Assembly: GCA_027487995.1 (NCBI GenBank)
Contig: JAIYCN010000233.1
Location: 16,168-80,167 of the forward strand
DNA from: Rubrivivax sp.
Lineage (GTDB): Bacteria > Pseudomonadota > Gammaproteobacteria > Burkholderiales > Burkholderiaceae_C
Direction of reading: 5' to 3'
Length of the DNA stretch: 64,000 nt
A model generated the notes under the pieces. It worked only from the letters and a program-made list of their open reading frames with translations. It was not told the origin of the DNA and ran no database searches. A program made the position numbers and the translations under genes. Positions 20,745 to 31,461 of this stretch are shown here, piece after piece; the first letter of the stretch is position 1; each line of letters starts with the position of its first letter.

Positions 20745-21215
20745 ATGGATCTGCGAAAACTCAAGACTCTCATCGACCTGGTCTCGGAATCCAACATCTC
20801 GGAACTCGAGATCACGGAAGCCGAAGGGAAGGTCCGAATCGTCAAAGCCGGCGCATCTGCTGTGGCCATGCCAACTGCGTTGGCAGCGCCCGTCGTCCCC
20901 GTGGTTGCCTCGCCGGCGACTGGTGCCCAGGCTGCAGGCGCGGCGGCACCCGCAGCTGCGCCCGTCATCGCTGAACCAACGGGCCACGCGGTCAAGTCCC
21001 CGATGGTGGGCACGTTCTATCGGGCTGCCAGTCCGGGCGCCAAGGCTTTTGCCGAGGTGGGTCAGCAGGTCAAGGAAGGCCAGGCAATCTGCATCATCGA
21101 AGCCATGAAGATCATGAACGAGATCGAAGCCGACAAGGCAGGCACGATCACGCAGATCCTATGCGAAAACGGACAAGCGGTCGAATTCGGCCAACCCCTG
21201 TTCATCATCGAATGA
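20745..21215 (+). CDS. accB: acetyl-CoA carboxylase biotin carboxyl carrier protein
   Basis: The 156-aa ORF has an A/P-rich hinge and the biotinyl motif [14 protein letters not shown]. Confidence 0.95.
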   Translation: MDLRKLKTLIDLVSESNISELEITEAEGKVRIVKAGASAVAMPTALAAPVVPVVASPATGAQAAGAAAPAAAPVIAEPTGHAVKSPMVGTFYRAASPGAKAFAEVGQQVKEGQAICIIEAMKIMNEIEADKAGTITQILCENGQAVEFGQPLFIIE

Positions 21216-21298
21216 CGATGATGCTGGCAACCGAGGCTGCGCCGCAGCCGGATTGCACGTCCTGCCCTGCAGGCCGGGGCGATTGAGCCGAGGCACCC

Positions 21299-22648
21299 AT
21301 GTTCAAGAAGATTCTGATCGCCAATCGCGGGGAGATCGCGCTGCGGATCCAGCGCGCCTGCAAGGAAATGGGCATCCGCTCGGTGGTGGTGTATTCCGAA
21401 GCCGACCGCGACGCCAAGTATGTGAAGCTTGCCGATGAAGCCGTGTGCATCGGCCCGGCCCCGTCGGCGCAGAGCTATCTCAACATGCCGGCCATCATCT
21501 CCACCGCAGAGGTGACGGACGCAGAAGCCATCCACCCCGGCTACGGCTTTCTGTCAGAGAACGCCGACTTCGCCGAGCGGGTCGAAAAGAGCGGATTCGT
21601 CTTCATCGGCCCGACGCCCGAAAGCATCCGCATCATGGGCGACAAGGTCTCGGCCAAGCAAGCCATGATCAAGAGCGGCGTGCCCTGCGTGCCCGGTTCG
21701 CCCGACGCGCTGCCGGATGACCCCAAGGAAATCATCCGCATCGCGCGCTCGGTCGGCTATCCCGTCATCATCAAGGCCGCCGGTGGCGGTGGCGGGCGCG
21801 GCATGCGCGTGGTGCACACCGAAGCGGCCCTCCTGCACGCAGTGCAGACCACCCGCAGTGAGGCGGGTGCGGCCTTCGGCAACCCGGCCGTGTACATGGA
21901 GAAGTTCCTCGAGAATCCGCGGCACATCGAGATCCAGGTGCTGGCCGATGAACACCGCAATGCCGTGTGGTTGGGCGAGCGCGACTGTTCCATGCAGCGG
22001 CGTCACCAGAAGATCATCGAAGAGGCGCCGGCTCCCGGCATTCCCCGGCGCGTGATCGAAAAGATCGGAGACCGCTGCGCCGCGGCTTGCAAGAAGATCG
22101 GCTACCGCGGCGCCGGCACCTTCGAATTTCTCTACGAAAACGGCGAGTTCTACTTCATTGAGATGAACACGCGCGTGCAGGTGGAGCACCCGGTGACTGA
22201 ACTCGTCACCGGCATCGACATCGTGCAGATGCAGATCCGCGTGGCCGCCGGACAGAAGCTGCCTTTCGCCCAGCGCAACATTGAGATGCGCGGCCACGCC
22301 ATCGAGTGCCGCATCAACGCTGAGGACCCGTACAAGTTCACACCATCGCCGGGCCGCATCACCATGTGGCATCCGCCCGGTGGGCCGGGCGTGCGGGTGG
22401 ATTCCCACGTCTACACCAACTACTTCGTGCCACCGAATTACGACTCGATGATCGGCAAGGTGATCTGCCACGGCGACACGCGTGACCAAGCCCTGGCACG
22501 CATGCGCACCGCCCTGTCCGAGACGCTGGTGGATGGCATCCAGACCAACATCCCGCTGCACCGGGAGTTGATGGCCGACGCCAAGTTCATCGAAGGCGGG
22601 ACCAGCATCCATTACCTTGAGCATTGGCTCAACGAGCACCGCCGCTGA
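21299..22648 (+). CDS. accC: acetyl-CoA carboxylase biotin carboxylase subunit
   Basis: The 449-aa ORF begins [17 protein letters not shown] and contains the [11 protein letters not shown]-grasp motif. Confidence 0.95.
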   Translation: MFKKILIANRGEIALRIQRACKEMGIRSVVVYSEADRDAKYVKLADEAVCIGPAPSAQSYLNMPAIISTAEVTDAEAIHPGYGFLSENADFAERVEKSGFVFIGPTPESIRIMGDKVSAKQAMIKSGVPCVPGSPDALPDDPKEIIRIARSVGYPVIIKAAGGGGGRGMRVVHTEAALLHAVQTTRSEAGAAFGNPAVYMEKFLENPRHIEIQVLADEHRNAVWLGERDCSMQRRHQKIIEEAPAPGIPRRVIEKIGDRCAAACKKIGYRGAGTFEFLYENGEFYFIEMNTRVQVEHPVTELVTGIDIVQMQIRVAAGQKLPFAQRNIEMRGHAIECRINAEDPYKFTPSPGRITMWHPPGGPGVRVDSHVYTNYFVPPNYDSMIGKVICHGDTRDQALARMRTALSETLVDGIQTNIPLHRELMADAKFIEGGTSIHYLEHWLNEHRR

Positions 22649-22673
22649 AGCAGCGCGGCTGCTGTCTTTCAAC

Positions 22674-23606
22674 ATGGCACTGACTGAACTCGTTCTGCGC
22701 GCACCGGCGCACCTCGTGGAGGATGTGTCCACCGCCTTGATGGACGAACTCGATGCCGTGTCGGTCTCGGTGGAAGACGCCGATGCGGACACGGAGGCCG
22801 AGCAGGCGCTCTTCGGCGAGCCCGGCATGCCGGCGCCGGCCGAAGGCTGGAACCGGTCCTGCCTGAAGGCAGCTTTTGAGAGCGAAGCGGCCGCCACCGA
22901 GGCTGCCACCCTGTTGTTGGCCCAGGACTGGAGCGCAGGGCTGAGCATCGAAGCCATTCAGCCGGTCCCCGAAGAGGACTGGGTGCGCCTGACGCAGTCC
23001 CAGTTCGAACCCGTGCCGATCACGCCAACCTTCTGGGTGGTCCCCACTTGGCACGAACCACCGGCACAGGCACTCCAGGTCATCCGCCTGGACCCAGGTA
23101 TGGCCTTCGGTACCGGCACGCACCCCACCACACGCATGTGCCTGCGCTGGATCGCCACCCGCGGGCCCACGCTTCAGCGGTCCTGGGTCCGCATGTTGGA
23201 CTATGGTTGCGGCTCGGGTATCTTGGCCATCGGCGCTGGCCTGTGCGGCGCGCGCGAAATTGATGCGGTCGATATTGACCCGGCTGCGGTGCAGGCCACG
23301 CAGGACAACGCAATGGCCAATGGCGTAGCCCTTCGCGCGGCCTTGCCGGATGCCGCAACGGGCGTCTACCCACTGGTGGTCGCCAACATCCTCGCCACGC
23401 CCCTGAAGCTGCTGGCCCCCCTGCTCTGTGGGCATGTGGAGTCGGGCGGGCATCTCGTGCTGGCCGGTATCCTGGCACGCCAAGCCGAGGAATTGAAGTT
23501 GGCGTATGCCCCCTGGCTGGCCCTGGAAGTCAGTGACGAGGAAGACGGCTGGATCCTCATGACCGCACAGCGCCACAGTGCCAGTGCGACGGGCCGCATG
23601 GCATGA
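22674..23606 (+). CDS. prmA: ribosomal protein L11 methyltransferase
   Basis: I take MALTELVLR as the start, inside ORF 22617-23606. The SAM motif LDYGCGSGILAI is present, and accBC-prmA synteny is conserved. Confidence 0.9.
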   Translation: MALTELVLRAPAHLVEDVSTALMDELDAVSVSVEDADADTEAEQALFGEPGMPAPAEGWNRSCLKAAFESEAAATEAATLLLAQDWSAGLSIEAIQPVPEEDWVRLTQSQFEPVPITPTFWVVPTWHEPPAQALQVIRLDPGMAFGTGTHPTTRMCLRWIATRGPTLQRSWVRMLDYGCGSGILAIGAGLCGAREIDAVDIDPAAVQATQDNAMANGVALRAALPDAATGVYPLVVANILATPLKLLAPLLCGHVESGGHLVLAGILARQAEELKLAYAPWLALEVSDEEDGWILMTAQRHSASATGRMA

Positions 23607-23613
23607 TGCGCGG

Positions 23614-24729
23614 ATGAGTCTGGCCGCACGCTGCACCCACTGTCGCACCGTCTTCCGCATCAGCGGACCCCAGCTTGCCGCCGCGCAGGGATGGGTTCGC
23701 TGCGGGCAGTGCAACCACGTCTTTGACGCCACTTCGAATCTGGTCACACCCCAAGGCCAGGCCATCGAGGTTCCCACGGTGGATGTCCGTCAGCCGGTGA
23801 CCCCACAGGCTGACCTCGCGCGTGCCGAACTGACCGCGGCCACGCCCAGCCCTGCAACGCCGTTCCAAGCCATGCCGGAAATCGACCTGGAGTTGCCGGA
23901 CCTCGGCGCACTCAAGGCCGAGGCCGCTGCGGAAGTGGCACCGCAACCAAAAGCCACCGCTCTTCCTCAGAAGTCACCATCGGCGCTGGATCCTGCGCCG
24001 GTGGAGCCTGAACCGACGATCGCCTCGGACGTGCGGGTGGACGCGGAGCGTGCATTGGGCACCGACCCGGCAGCGATCTCTTCTTCCACTGCCAGGGACG
24101 CCTCACCGGAGACCGACCGTCCAACGCCACCGCGAGACCTGCGCGACCTGCGCGAACCCGCTTGGGTGGAGCCTCCCCCAACCTTGGACACCGTGCCCGA
24201 CCGCACATCCATGGCCGGTGCACCGGATGTGCCAAGGTCTTCGGCCCAGCCTGCGCCACCGGGCAATCGATGGGGCGCTGCGCTGGTCGTGCTCTTGTGC
24301 ACCACCTTGGCAGGCCTTGTGACCTACGCCGCGCGCGGCCACTTGGCACAGGCTTGGCCCGAAATGCGTCCCGCCATCGTCACCGCTTGTGCATCCATCG
24401 GCTGCCGACTGCCGGCGCTGCGCCTTATCGACGCGATTGAAGTTCAGGGCACCAGCCTTTCGCTGGATGACCAGACCGGCCACCACCGCTTGCGCGTCCA
24501 ACTGCATCACCGAGGCGACTGGCCGGTGCAGACGCCGGCGTTCGACCTCAGCATCCTGGACGAGAGCGGCACCGTGATCGCGCGCCGGATGCTCGACCCC
24601 ACCGAGTTCACGCCCGCCGCCGCCACGCTGGAACCGGGTGCCGACATGGACTTGACGATTGCACTGAACCTCAAGGCGCTCGAACCAGCGGCCATGGGCA
24701 GTTTCCGCGTCTCGCCCTATTACCCCTGA
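23614..24729 (+). CDS. zinc-ribbon (MJ0042-type) plus DUF3426-like membrane protein
   Basis: I take MSLAARCTHCRTVFRISGPQLAAAQGWVRCGQCNHVF (CxxC...CxxC) as the start. A Pro-rich linker, one TM segment and a C-terminal domain follow. Confidence 0.75.
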   Translation: MSLAARCTHCRTVFRISGPQLAAAQGWVRCGQCNHVFDATSNLVTPQGQAIEVPTVDVRQPVTPQADLARAELTAATPSPATPFQAMPEIDLELPDLGALKAEAAAEVAPQPKATALPQKSPSALDPAPVEPEPTIASDVRVDAERALGTDPAAISSSTARDASPETDRPTPPRDLRDLREPAWVEPPPTLDTVPDRTSMAGAPDVPRSSAQPAPPGNRWGAALVVLLCTTLAGLVTYAARGHLAQAWPEMRPAIVTACASIGCRLPALRLIDAIEVQGTSLSLDDQTGHHRLRVQLHHRGDWPVQTPAFDLSILDESGTVIARRMLDPTEFTPAAATLEPGADMDLTIALNLKALEPAAMGSFRVSPYYP

Positions 24730-24756
24730 CCGACCACACCCGACTGGAGCGCCACC

Positions 24757-25668
24757 ATGCCTGCCTTGATCTGCGGATCCCTGGCCTTTGACACGATCAC
24801 GAATTTCCACGGTCGCTTCGCACAGCAGATCCTGCCCGAGCAGGTGCACATCCTGAATGTGTCCTTCCTGGTGCCCACATTGCGCCGGGAGTACGGCGGT
24901 TGTGCGGGCAACATTGCCTACACCCACAAGGCCCTGGGTGCTGAGCCCATCGTGATGGCCACGCTGGGCTCAGATGGCCACGACTACCGCCAAAGGTTGA
25001 CTGAACTTGGCCTGGACCTGTCCTGCGTGCGGAGCATCGAGCACAACTACACCGCGCAAGCCATCATCATCACCGACGAGTCCAACAACCAGATCACGGC
25101 CTTCCACCCCGGCGCCATGGGTGAAGCGCACTTGACGCCGGTGCCGACGAACCGCCAGGACATCCGCCTGGGCATCATCGCACCGGATGGGCGGGACGCC
25201 ATGATGGTGCACGCCCAACAGATGCATGCCGCGGGCATCCCGTTCATCTTCGATCCGGGCCAGGGCCTGCCGATGTTCAACGGAGACGAGCTCAAGAGCT
25301 TCGTGCAGCAGGCCACCTGGGTGGCAGTCAACGACTATGAAGCCCGCATGCTTACCGAGCGCACCGGGCAGAGCCTGGAGGCGATGTCACGTTCGCACCT
25401 TCAGGGCATCATCGTCACGCTGGGCGCCGACGGATGCGAGTTGTGGGTTCAGGGCTCACGCACGCATGTTCCAGGGCACGCCGCACAAGCCGTCGTCGAC
25501 CCCACTGGCTGCGGCGATGCCTTCCGCGCTGCCCTGCTCTACGGGCTGGAACACAACTGGCCGTTGGCGCGCTGCGTCGAATTGGGCAACCGCATCGGCG
25601 CCATCAAGATCGCGCACCGAGGTGGGCAGAACCACCCGGTGGATCGGGTGGCCCTGGGCTTGAACTGA
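24757..25668 (+). CDS. PfkB-family carbohydrate/nucleoside kinase
   Basis: The 303-aa ORF has the PfkB C-terminal motif DPTGCGDAFRAAL. Confidence 0.85.
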   Translation: MPALICGSLAFDTITNFHGRFAQQILPEQVHILNVSFLVPTLRREYGGCAGNIAYTHKALGAEPIVMATLGSDGHDYRQRLTELGLDLSCVRSIEHNYTAQAIIITDESNNQITAFHPGAMGEAHLTPVPTNRQDIRLGIIAPDGRDAMMVHAQQMHAAGIPFIFDPGQGLPMFNGDELKSFVQQATWVAVNDYEARMLTERTGQSLEAMSRSHLQGIIVTLGADGCELWVQGSRTHVPGHAAQAVVDPTGCGDAFRAALLYGLEHNWPLARCVELGNRIGAIKIAHRGGQNHPVDRVALGLN

Positions 25669-25692
25669 AGTTTGTTCCAGAGGCCGAACGCC

Positions 25693-26289
25693 TCAGCCAA
25701 ACAAACCTGGCGCCTGTTCCGGCCCCACACCATCGTCGGCGTAGAAACAGGACGGGCATACCGCCCGGTAGCGCTCATTGCCGCCAATCTCCACCTGCTC
25801 GCCCTGCAGCACGCGCCGTCCCTGCCCATCGATGCGTATGTTCATGGACGCCTTGCGGCCGCAGGCGCAGATCGTCTTCATCTCTTCCAAGTCGTCGGCC
25901 AGTGTCAGCAGGGTCAAGGCGCCCGGGAAACCGTCGCCCCGGAAGTCACTGCGCAGGCCGAAGCAGATCACGGGCAGGTTGTCGCGGTGGGCCATGCGGT
26001 GCAGTTGGCGCACCTGCTCGGGTTGCAGGAACTGCGCCTCGTCGATCAGCACACAGGCCACACCCTCGGCCAACCCTTGGCGACTGAACACCGTGTCGGG
26101 CCCGAAGGTTTCCACTGTGCGGTGCAAGCCCAAACGGGATCCAATCACGCCGCTTCCACTGCGATCATCATGCGCAGCGGTGAACAGGGCCACCCGCATC
26201 CCACGCTCTTCATAGTTGTGCGCAGCTTGCAGCAAGGCGGTGGACTTGCCCGCGTTCATTGCGGCAAAACGGAAGTGAAGCTTGGCCAT
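25693..26289 (-). CDS. tdk: thymidine kinase
   Basis: The 198-aa ORF has the P-loop AMNAGKST and C-terminal zinc cysteines (CxxC...CxxC). Confidence 0.9.
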   Translation of the reverse strand: MAKLHFRFAAMNAGKSTALLQAAHNYEERGMRVALFTAAHDDRSGSGVIGSRLGLHRTVETFGPDTVFSRQGLAEGVACVLIDEAQFLQPEQVRQLHRMAHRDNLPVICFGLRSDFRGDGFPGALTLLTLADDLEEMKTICACGRKASMNIRIDGQGRRVLQGEQVEIGGNERYRAVCPSCFYADDGVGPEQAPGLFG

Positions 26290-26314
26290 GACGAACCGAC
26301 TATAGCGGCCGCGT

Positions 26315-27268
26315 TCAAGCGCCCGTTGGGTTGTCCGACCGCGTGCGGCGCAGCACCTCTTCGAAGATCACGGGGTGGTGCGCCAGAGCCACATGGGGCC
26401 GCCCAAACACCGCCACCGACCGCGCCCCCGGCAGCGTGGCCGTGTTGGCGGGGAACACGATGTTGTCGCACACGCTCCAGAAGCAGGTGAAACGCGCTCG
26501 GCGCTGTTCGTTCTCGCGCGCGGCCAAATTCTGCAGGAAAGGGCTGAGCAACTGCATCTGCAGGGCCGCAGGCGAGCGGGCCATCATGGCCAGCGCGGTG
26601 CCGTGGTGGGGCGAACCGATGGTGATCACCTCATGTGCCAGAGCCCGCTCTTCAGGCTGCTCGGCCAGCCAGCTGCGGATCATCAAACCACCCATGCTGT
26701 GACCCACCAGCAGGGGTGCCATGCCAGTGGCGTCGAAGAGCCGTTGCCATGCGGTCTGAAGCCCTTGGGCCTGCAAGGCAATGTCCCCAAACGGCGGGCC
26801 GAGAGACACCGCGACGTGGGGCACATCCAACCGGCGCAGCCGTGCCATCCACGGGTTCCAAAAGCCCCGGTTGCACACGAAACCGTGCACCAGGAGCACC
26901 CCTCGGCGCCCGCGCGCATGCTCGGGCAGGTGGTCAGGCCAACGCTGGTGCGCCCAGGGTTGACGCCAGCCGAAGGTCTGAACGGAAGCCCACACTTCCT
27001 GCAGCCACGCCAACACCCACACCAACGCACCGGGGTAAGGCTCAACCGGAGCATGCGGATGACCCAGCGGTCGGCGGGTGCCCTCGCGTCGGGCAACGAG
27101 GGCTGCCCAAACCGTCTCCAGGGCCAGGACCGGCGCCTGGGGCACCACAGCCAACACCACCAACACACATCCTGCCCACCAACCCCGCAACACACAGAAG
27201 GTGATCCAGCCAAGGGCCACCAGGGCCGAGCTGATTGTCAACAGTTGCTGGATGCGCGCATTGGTCAT
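26315..27268 (-). CDS. membrane-anchored alpha/beta hydrolase (lipase-like)
   Basis: TM segments are followed by VLLVHGF and the nucleophile elbow GHSMGG. The start is uncertain. I chose MTNARIQQ at 27268 to avoid overlapping selO; the ORF itself extends to 27487. Confidence 0.7.
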   Translation of the reverse strand: MTNARIQQLLTISSALVALGWITFCVLRGWWAGCVLVVLAVVPQAPVLALETVWAALVARREGTRRPLGHPHAPVEPYPGALVWVLAWLQEVWASVQTFGWRQPWAHQRWPDHLPEHARGRRGVLLVHGFVCNRGFWNPWMARLRRLDVPHVAVSLGPPFGDIALQAQGLQTAWQRLFDATGMAPLLVGHSMGGLMIRSWLAEQPEERALAHEVITIGSPHHGTALAMMARSPAALQMQLLSPFLQNLAARENEQRRARFTCFWSVCDNIVFPANTATLPGARSVAVFGRPHVALAHHPVIFEEVLRRTRSDNPTGA

Positions 27269-27326
27269 CTCGCCATTCTCACCGGGCAAAACCGTCCAGA
27301 TCCGTTGGCCGAACACCTCGGCCGGT

Positions 27327-28802
27327 TCAGGTTCCGCAGAACGTGCGGTGCGCAGTGGCCAGTTCAGGTGGCGCAGGCTCGCCATAGGCTTGAAGAGCCT
27401 CGTCGTCTTCCCACGGCCGCCGGACGGCATCCAGCAGCCTGTTGAACAGTGCCAAGTCCCCCTCACGGCTCGCAGCGCCCAGCGCATCCTCCACCAGATG
27501 GTTGCGTGGGATCACAAAGGGGTTGGCCCGGCGCAAGCCAGACGTATCCACCTCGAGATTCATTGCGCGGGTCTCGTGGAGCCAGGTCTCGATCCACTGG
27601 ACAGCATCCTGGCCACCTTCACCAAAGCATTCGGTGATCGCCCTGTATTCACCGTTTGCGGCCTCACATAGACGACGCCATCCCAAGGTGTGGTCCACCC
27701 GGTGTTGGTGCATCAGCGCTTGCCAGAAAGTTGCCAAACTCCGCGCAGCCTCCAGCATCGACTCATCCTGCGCCGCACCCCAACCCAGTTTGTAGGACCA
27801 CACGCTCGCCATGGCTCGGTTGAATTCAGCCTCGAACCCCTGGACCACCGCCTGCGCGCCCTGCAGCTTCTCGTCTTCCGTGCCCTTCATCACCGGCCAC
27901 AGCGCGTCGGCCAGGCGCGCCAAGTTCCACTGCGCGATCGTCGGCTGATTGCCGTAGGCATAGCGCCCTTGCTGATCAATGGAGCTGTAGACCGTTGCAG
28001 GATCATGCGGCTCCATGAAGGCACACGGCCCAAAGTCGATGCTCTGGCCAGAGATGCTCATGTTGTCGGTGTTCATCACGCCATGAATGAACCCCACGCC
28101 CATCCACTGCGCCACCAACGCCGCCTGTTTCTGGCAAACGTGTTCCAAGAGACCCAATGCCGGGTCTTGCGCCTGGGCCGCCGCTGGCGCGTGCCGTGCC
28201 ACGGCATAGTCCAACAGCCGCTGAAGCCTCACCGTGTCTCCACGGGCGGCAAAGAATTCAAAGGTTCCCACGCGCAGGTGGCTGTCGGCCACACGGGTGA
28301 GCACCGCCCCGGGCAGCGAGCGTTCGCGGTGCACCACGTCACCGGTGGCCACCACCGCCAGAGCACGCGTACTGGGGATTCCCAACGCATGAAGGGCCTC
28401 GCCAATCAGCACCTCGCGCAGCATGGGTCCCACCGCAGCTTTGCCATCGCCGCCCCTGGAGAACGGTGTTCGTCCCGACCCCTTGAATGCAATGTCACGA
28501 CGGCGGCCCTGTACGTCGATCACCTCGCCCAGCAGCAGCGCGCGCCCATCCCCCAGCTGCGGTGAAAAACCACCGAACTGGTGGCCCGCGTAGGCCTGTG
28601 CAATCGGCTGTGCGCCTTCGGGCACTTGATTGCCGCTGAATACGGCCTCGCGCTGTTCCAGTGGCCATTGAACAAGGTCACCACCAAGCTCGTTGGCCAA
28701 GGCCCCGTTGAAGAACAACTCGCGTGGGCGCGGGGCCTGTGCAGGCTGCCACGGCGCGAAGGCGCCTTCTAGTTCGCAGGCGTAGGTGTTGTCGAAGATC
28801 AT
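27327..28802 (-). CDS. selO: protein adenylyltransferase SelO (YdiU family)
   Basis: I take MIFDNTYACEL as the start. The QLGDGRALLLGEV and HGVMNTDNMS motifs are typical of SelO/YdiU. Confidence 0.9.
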   Translation of the reverse strand: MIFDNTYACELEGAFAPWQPAQAPRPRELFFNGALANELGGDLVQWPLEQREAVFSGNQVPEGAQPIAQAYAGHQFGGFSPQLGDGRALLLGEVIDVQGRRRDIAFKGSGRTPFSRGGDGKAAVGPMLREVLIGEALHALGIPSTRALAVVATGDVVHRERSLPGAVLTRVADSHLRVGTFEFFAARGDTVRLQRLLDYAVARHAPAAAQAQDPALGLLEHVCQKQAALVAQWMGVGFIHGVMNTDNMSISGQSIDFGPCAFMEPHDPATVYSSIDQQGRYAYGNQPTIAQWNLARLADALWPVMKGTEDEKLQGAQAVVQGFEAEFNRAMASVWSYKLGWGAAQDESMLEAARSLATFWQALMHQHRVDHTLGWRRLCEAANGEYRAITECFGEGGQDAVQWIETWLHETRAMNLEVDTSGLRRANPFVIPRNHLVEDALGAASREGDLALFNRLLDAVRRPWEDDEALQAYGEPAPPELATAHRTFCGT

Positions 28803-28874
28803 GAGAGCGACGGCGCTTGAAGATTCAACATTGTGCTCGTTGACGCGTCCTGCACTGGACGGAACCCCGCAACG

Positions 28875-28905
28875 AAAAAAGGGGCAGGCCTTTCGGCCAA
28901 CCCCT
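28875..28905 (-). terminator. rho-independent terminator after the S8 protease gene
   Basis: The minus strand reads AGGGGTTGGCC-gaaa-GGCCTGCCCC followed by TTTTTT, about 30 nt after the stop at 28936. Confidence 0.7.
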
Positions 28906-28935
28906 CTTGGATGAATTCCTTGATTGGGAATCGAC

Positions 28936-31461
28936 TCAGAGTCCGTCTTCACCCGTGCGGTACTTCGCCGAAAACGCGACCGTATGCTGGGCATACTGAG
29001 CACGCGTCACGTTGCTCGAAGGTTTGAACACCCAGTTCGAACCCTCCATCACCGGGATGATGATGCCGTTGGCGATGGCCTGTTGCACGTAGCCGCGATC
29101 CACGTTGGTGAGCATGGCCACATCCGACACCGTCACAGACGCGGTCGCACCCCGCGGCGTGTAGGTCACAACACCCGTGTGCTGCTGAGCGGCGGCCACC
29201 GCGGCCGGGCCCAGTGCCTTCACCAGTGATTGCGCCACGTCCAAGCGAGACACCGTTCCGTCGGGTTGGAATACCCGCTTGCCGCCCGCGAGTTTCAACG
29301 ACATGACCGAAGGAGTCCGATGGGTCAAATCCCGCAGCACACCGCCGGCCGCCAGAACCGACTCCACCGCCGGATACAGAGGACTCGTCGGGGCTACATC
29401 CGCTGCCGACTGGCTGGTGGCCGTAAACGGCAGATGCTGGCGAATGTTGGCCCCCATCACCAGGTACTGGGCCAATTCCGCACGGGTCAACGGCTCATCC
29501 GGCGCAAAGTTGTTTGCGGCACGAGAGTCCATCAGCCGCCTTGAAATGGCAGCCTCGATCGACGTCCTCAGCGGATGGGAGGCCACCGCACTGCCCAGAC
29601 CCGTGAAGCCGCCGCTGGCGAGCGTTGAGATCACCACGTCAAAGGTCTCCGGCGCGCCCAATCCATCGGTGAGACCCAAGGGGTCCAGTGCGACCCCGGA
29701 AGCCGTGCCCACGCCGCGAACGGTGACCTGCCAGTCCTGCCCATCGGTGGTCGAGTCAACCGGTGCGCTCGCGGTCACCGTGTCACCCAACACCGGCAGT
29801 GCAACGCTGGAACCATAGCGGTTGCCCTTGGGGTCGATCAGGACCACGGCGACAGGGTTGGCAGTCGACACCACGCGTGCGGAAACCTTCATCACCCCCT
29901 TTTCCACTTTGAACGACTGAGAAGCGGTCTGTCCCCGAACTGGTACGAAGCTCACCTGTTTGGTCATCGGCTCGCCACCAGGCAACACGACCTCATTGGC
30001 TTTCCAGGTGCGCGGCTGACCGGGATCCACCGTGGATAGGGTGGTGGCGCCGAAGTCGTTGCGCAAACCGGCGGACATGGCCACCGCGGCAAAGGCGTTC
30101 AGGTGGCCTGCTCCGACTTCCCAGGTGTCACGCCCGGACATGTTGGTGGCGGTGGCCTTGAGGATCTCCTTGACCTGCAAGGGGTTCAGGTCCTTGTTGG
30201 CCTCCAGCATCTGCGCCACAACCCCCGTCACGTGGGGCGCAGCCATTGAGGTGCCACTGCTCAGCGTGTAGTAGGGCAACTGCGCCGGCGCAATCATCGC
30301 CGCGTCGTCCTGGGCTGCCAGGGCAGGCAAGGCGCCCGTGACTGCCCGCGTGGAGACGATGTTGACGCCCGTGGCGACGATCGTGGGCTGGTTGTGGTAG
30401 GTCCATTCCGATCCATCGGGCATCGTGAACTGGCCTTTTTCACCACGCTTGCCGCGCGAAGAGAAGCCTGTCAGCACGCCATCCTTCTCACCGGCACCCA
30501 CCGAGATCACCCAGGGCGCCTGTGCGTATGGGTTGTGCGTGTCTTCGCCAGGGCCGTCATTGCCGGCGGCGAACACCGACACGATACCGGCCTTGTAAAG
30601 GTTGTAGGTGGAGATACTCACCGGGTCGGTCGCATCGAACTTGCCGCTGCTGCCCCAGGAGTTGCTCACCACGCGAATCGGTGTGCGATAGGAGAATTGG
30701 TTCGTCAGGGCGTAATCCAAGCCCCCTACGGCGTCCAGGACCAGCAGCACGCCACCCGAGCCATAGCCCACGATATCGGCGTTCGGCGCGGCACCCTTGA
30801 AGCGCCCACCGGATGCGGCACCCGTGCCGCCGACCGTTCCCGCGCAGTGCGTGCCATGGCCGGAACCCAAGTCGGTGTTGATCTGGTTCTTGATCAGCAC
30901 TATCGGGGTCAGATCGGTGCCGAACATATTCTGCGCGGCCTGCACGTTGTCCACCACCTTGGTGCCCATCGGCAGATCCGGGTTCGTGGTGTCGATGCCC
31001 GAGTCGTTCACCACAACCGTCACGCCCCTGCCGGTGAAGGTGTTGGCACCCGTGCGGCGAAGCAAGGAAGGCTGGTCCAGCACCCGTGCAGAACCGGAGA
31101 TTTGACGCTGCTCGAGGTTGAAGTACTTCAGCGGCTTGTTGTAGTAGATGGACACCACATCCGAGCGCTTGGCCAGTTGCTTGATGCGGGCCGGCGTGGC
31201 CAGGGCACCCATGATGGGCAGCGAGCGCATGGTCACGCCCTTGGTGATGCCCAAGGACCGAACGGCATTGACCTGAGCAGGCGTCACCGGACCGCTTTGC
31301 TTGAAGCTCACCACGACCTGCAACTGGTCGGTGGCCTTGGCCTTGGTCATCAGCTTGTTGAGCAGCGGGTCGATGCGGGCATCGGCCAACGCCAGGTCGC
31401 TGGCCAGCAAAGCAACCGAAAGAGCTGTGATCTTCACCCAATTTGCGGTCCAAGTCGCCAT
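28936..31461 (-). CDS. secreted subtilisin-like (S8) serine protease with three C-terminal SLH-like repeats
   Basis: I take MATWTANWVKITALSVALLA (signal peptide) as the start. The catalytic triad contexts are VNDSGID, GHGTHCAGT and GTSMAAPHVTG. The C-terminus carries three F-x-P-D...TRAE/SRLD/TRAQ repeats. Confidence 0.85.
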   Translation of the reverse strand: MATWTANWVKITALSVALLASDLALADARIDPLLNKLMTKAKATDQLQVVVSFKQSGPVTPAQVNAVRSLGITKGVTMRSLPIMGALATPARIKQLAKRSDVVSIYYNKPLKYFNLEQRQISGSARVLDQPSLLRRTGANTFTGRGVTVVVNDSGIDTTNPDLPMGTKVVDNVQAAQNMFGTDLTPIVLIKNQINTDLGSGHGTHCAGTVGGTGAASGGRFKGAAPNADIVGYGSGGVLLVLDAVGGLDYALTNQFSYRTPIRVVSNSWGSSGKFDATDPVSISTYNLYKAGIVSVFAAGNDGPGEDTHNPYAQAPWVISVGAGEKDGVLTGFSSRGKRGEKGQFTMPDGSEWTYHNQPTIVATGVNIVSTRAVTGALPALAAQDDAAMIAPAQLPYYTLSSGTSMAAPHVTGVVAQMLEANKDLNPLQVKEILKATATNMSGRDTWEVGAGHLNAFAAVAMSAGLRNDFGATTLSTVDPGQPRTWKANEVVLPGGEPMTKQVSFVPVRGQTASQSFKVEKGVMKVSARVVSTANPVAVVLIDPKGNRYGSSVALPVLGDTVTASAPVDSTTDGQDWQVTVRGVGTASGVALDPLGLTDGLGAPETFDVVISTLASGGFTGLGSAVASHPLRTSIEAAISRRLMDSRAANNFAPDEPLTRAELAQYLVMGANIRQHLPFTATSQSAADVAPTSPLYPAVESVLAAGGVLRDLTHRTPSVMSLKLAGGKRVFQPDGTVSRLDVAQSLVKALGPAAVAAAQQHTGVVTYTPRGATASVTVSDVAMLTNVDRGYVQQAIANGIIIPVMEGSNWVFKPSSNVTRAQYAQHTVAFSAKYRTGEDGL

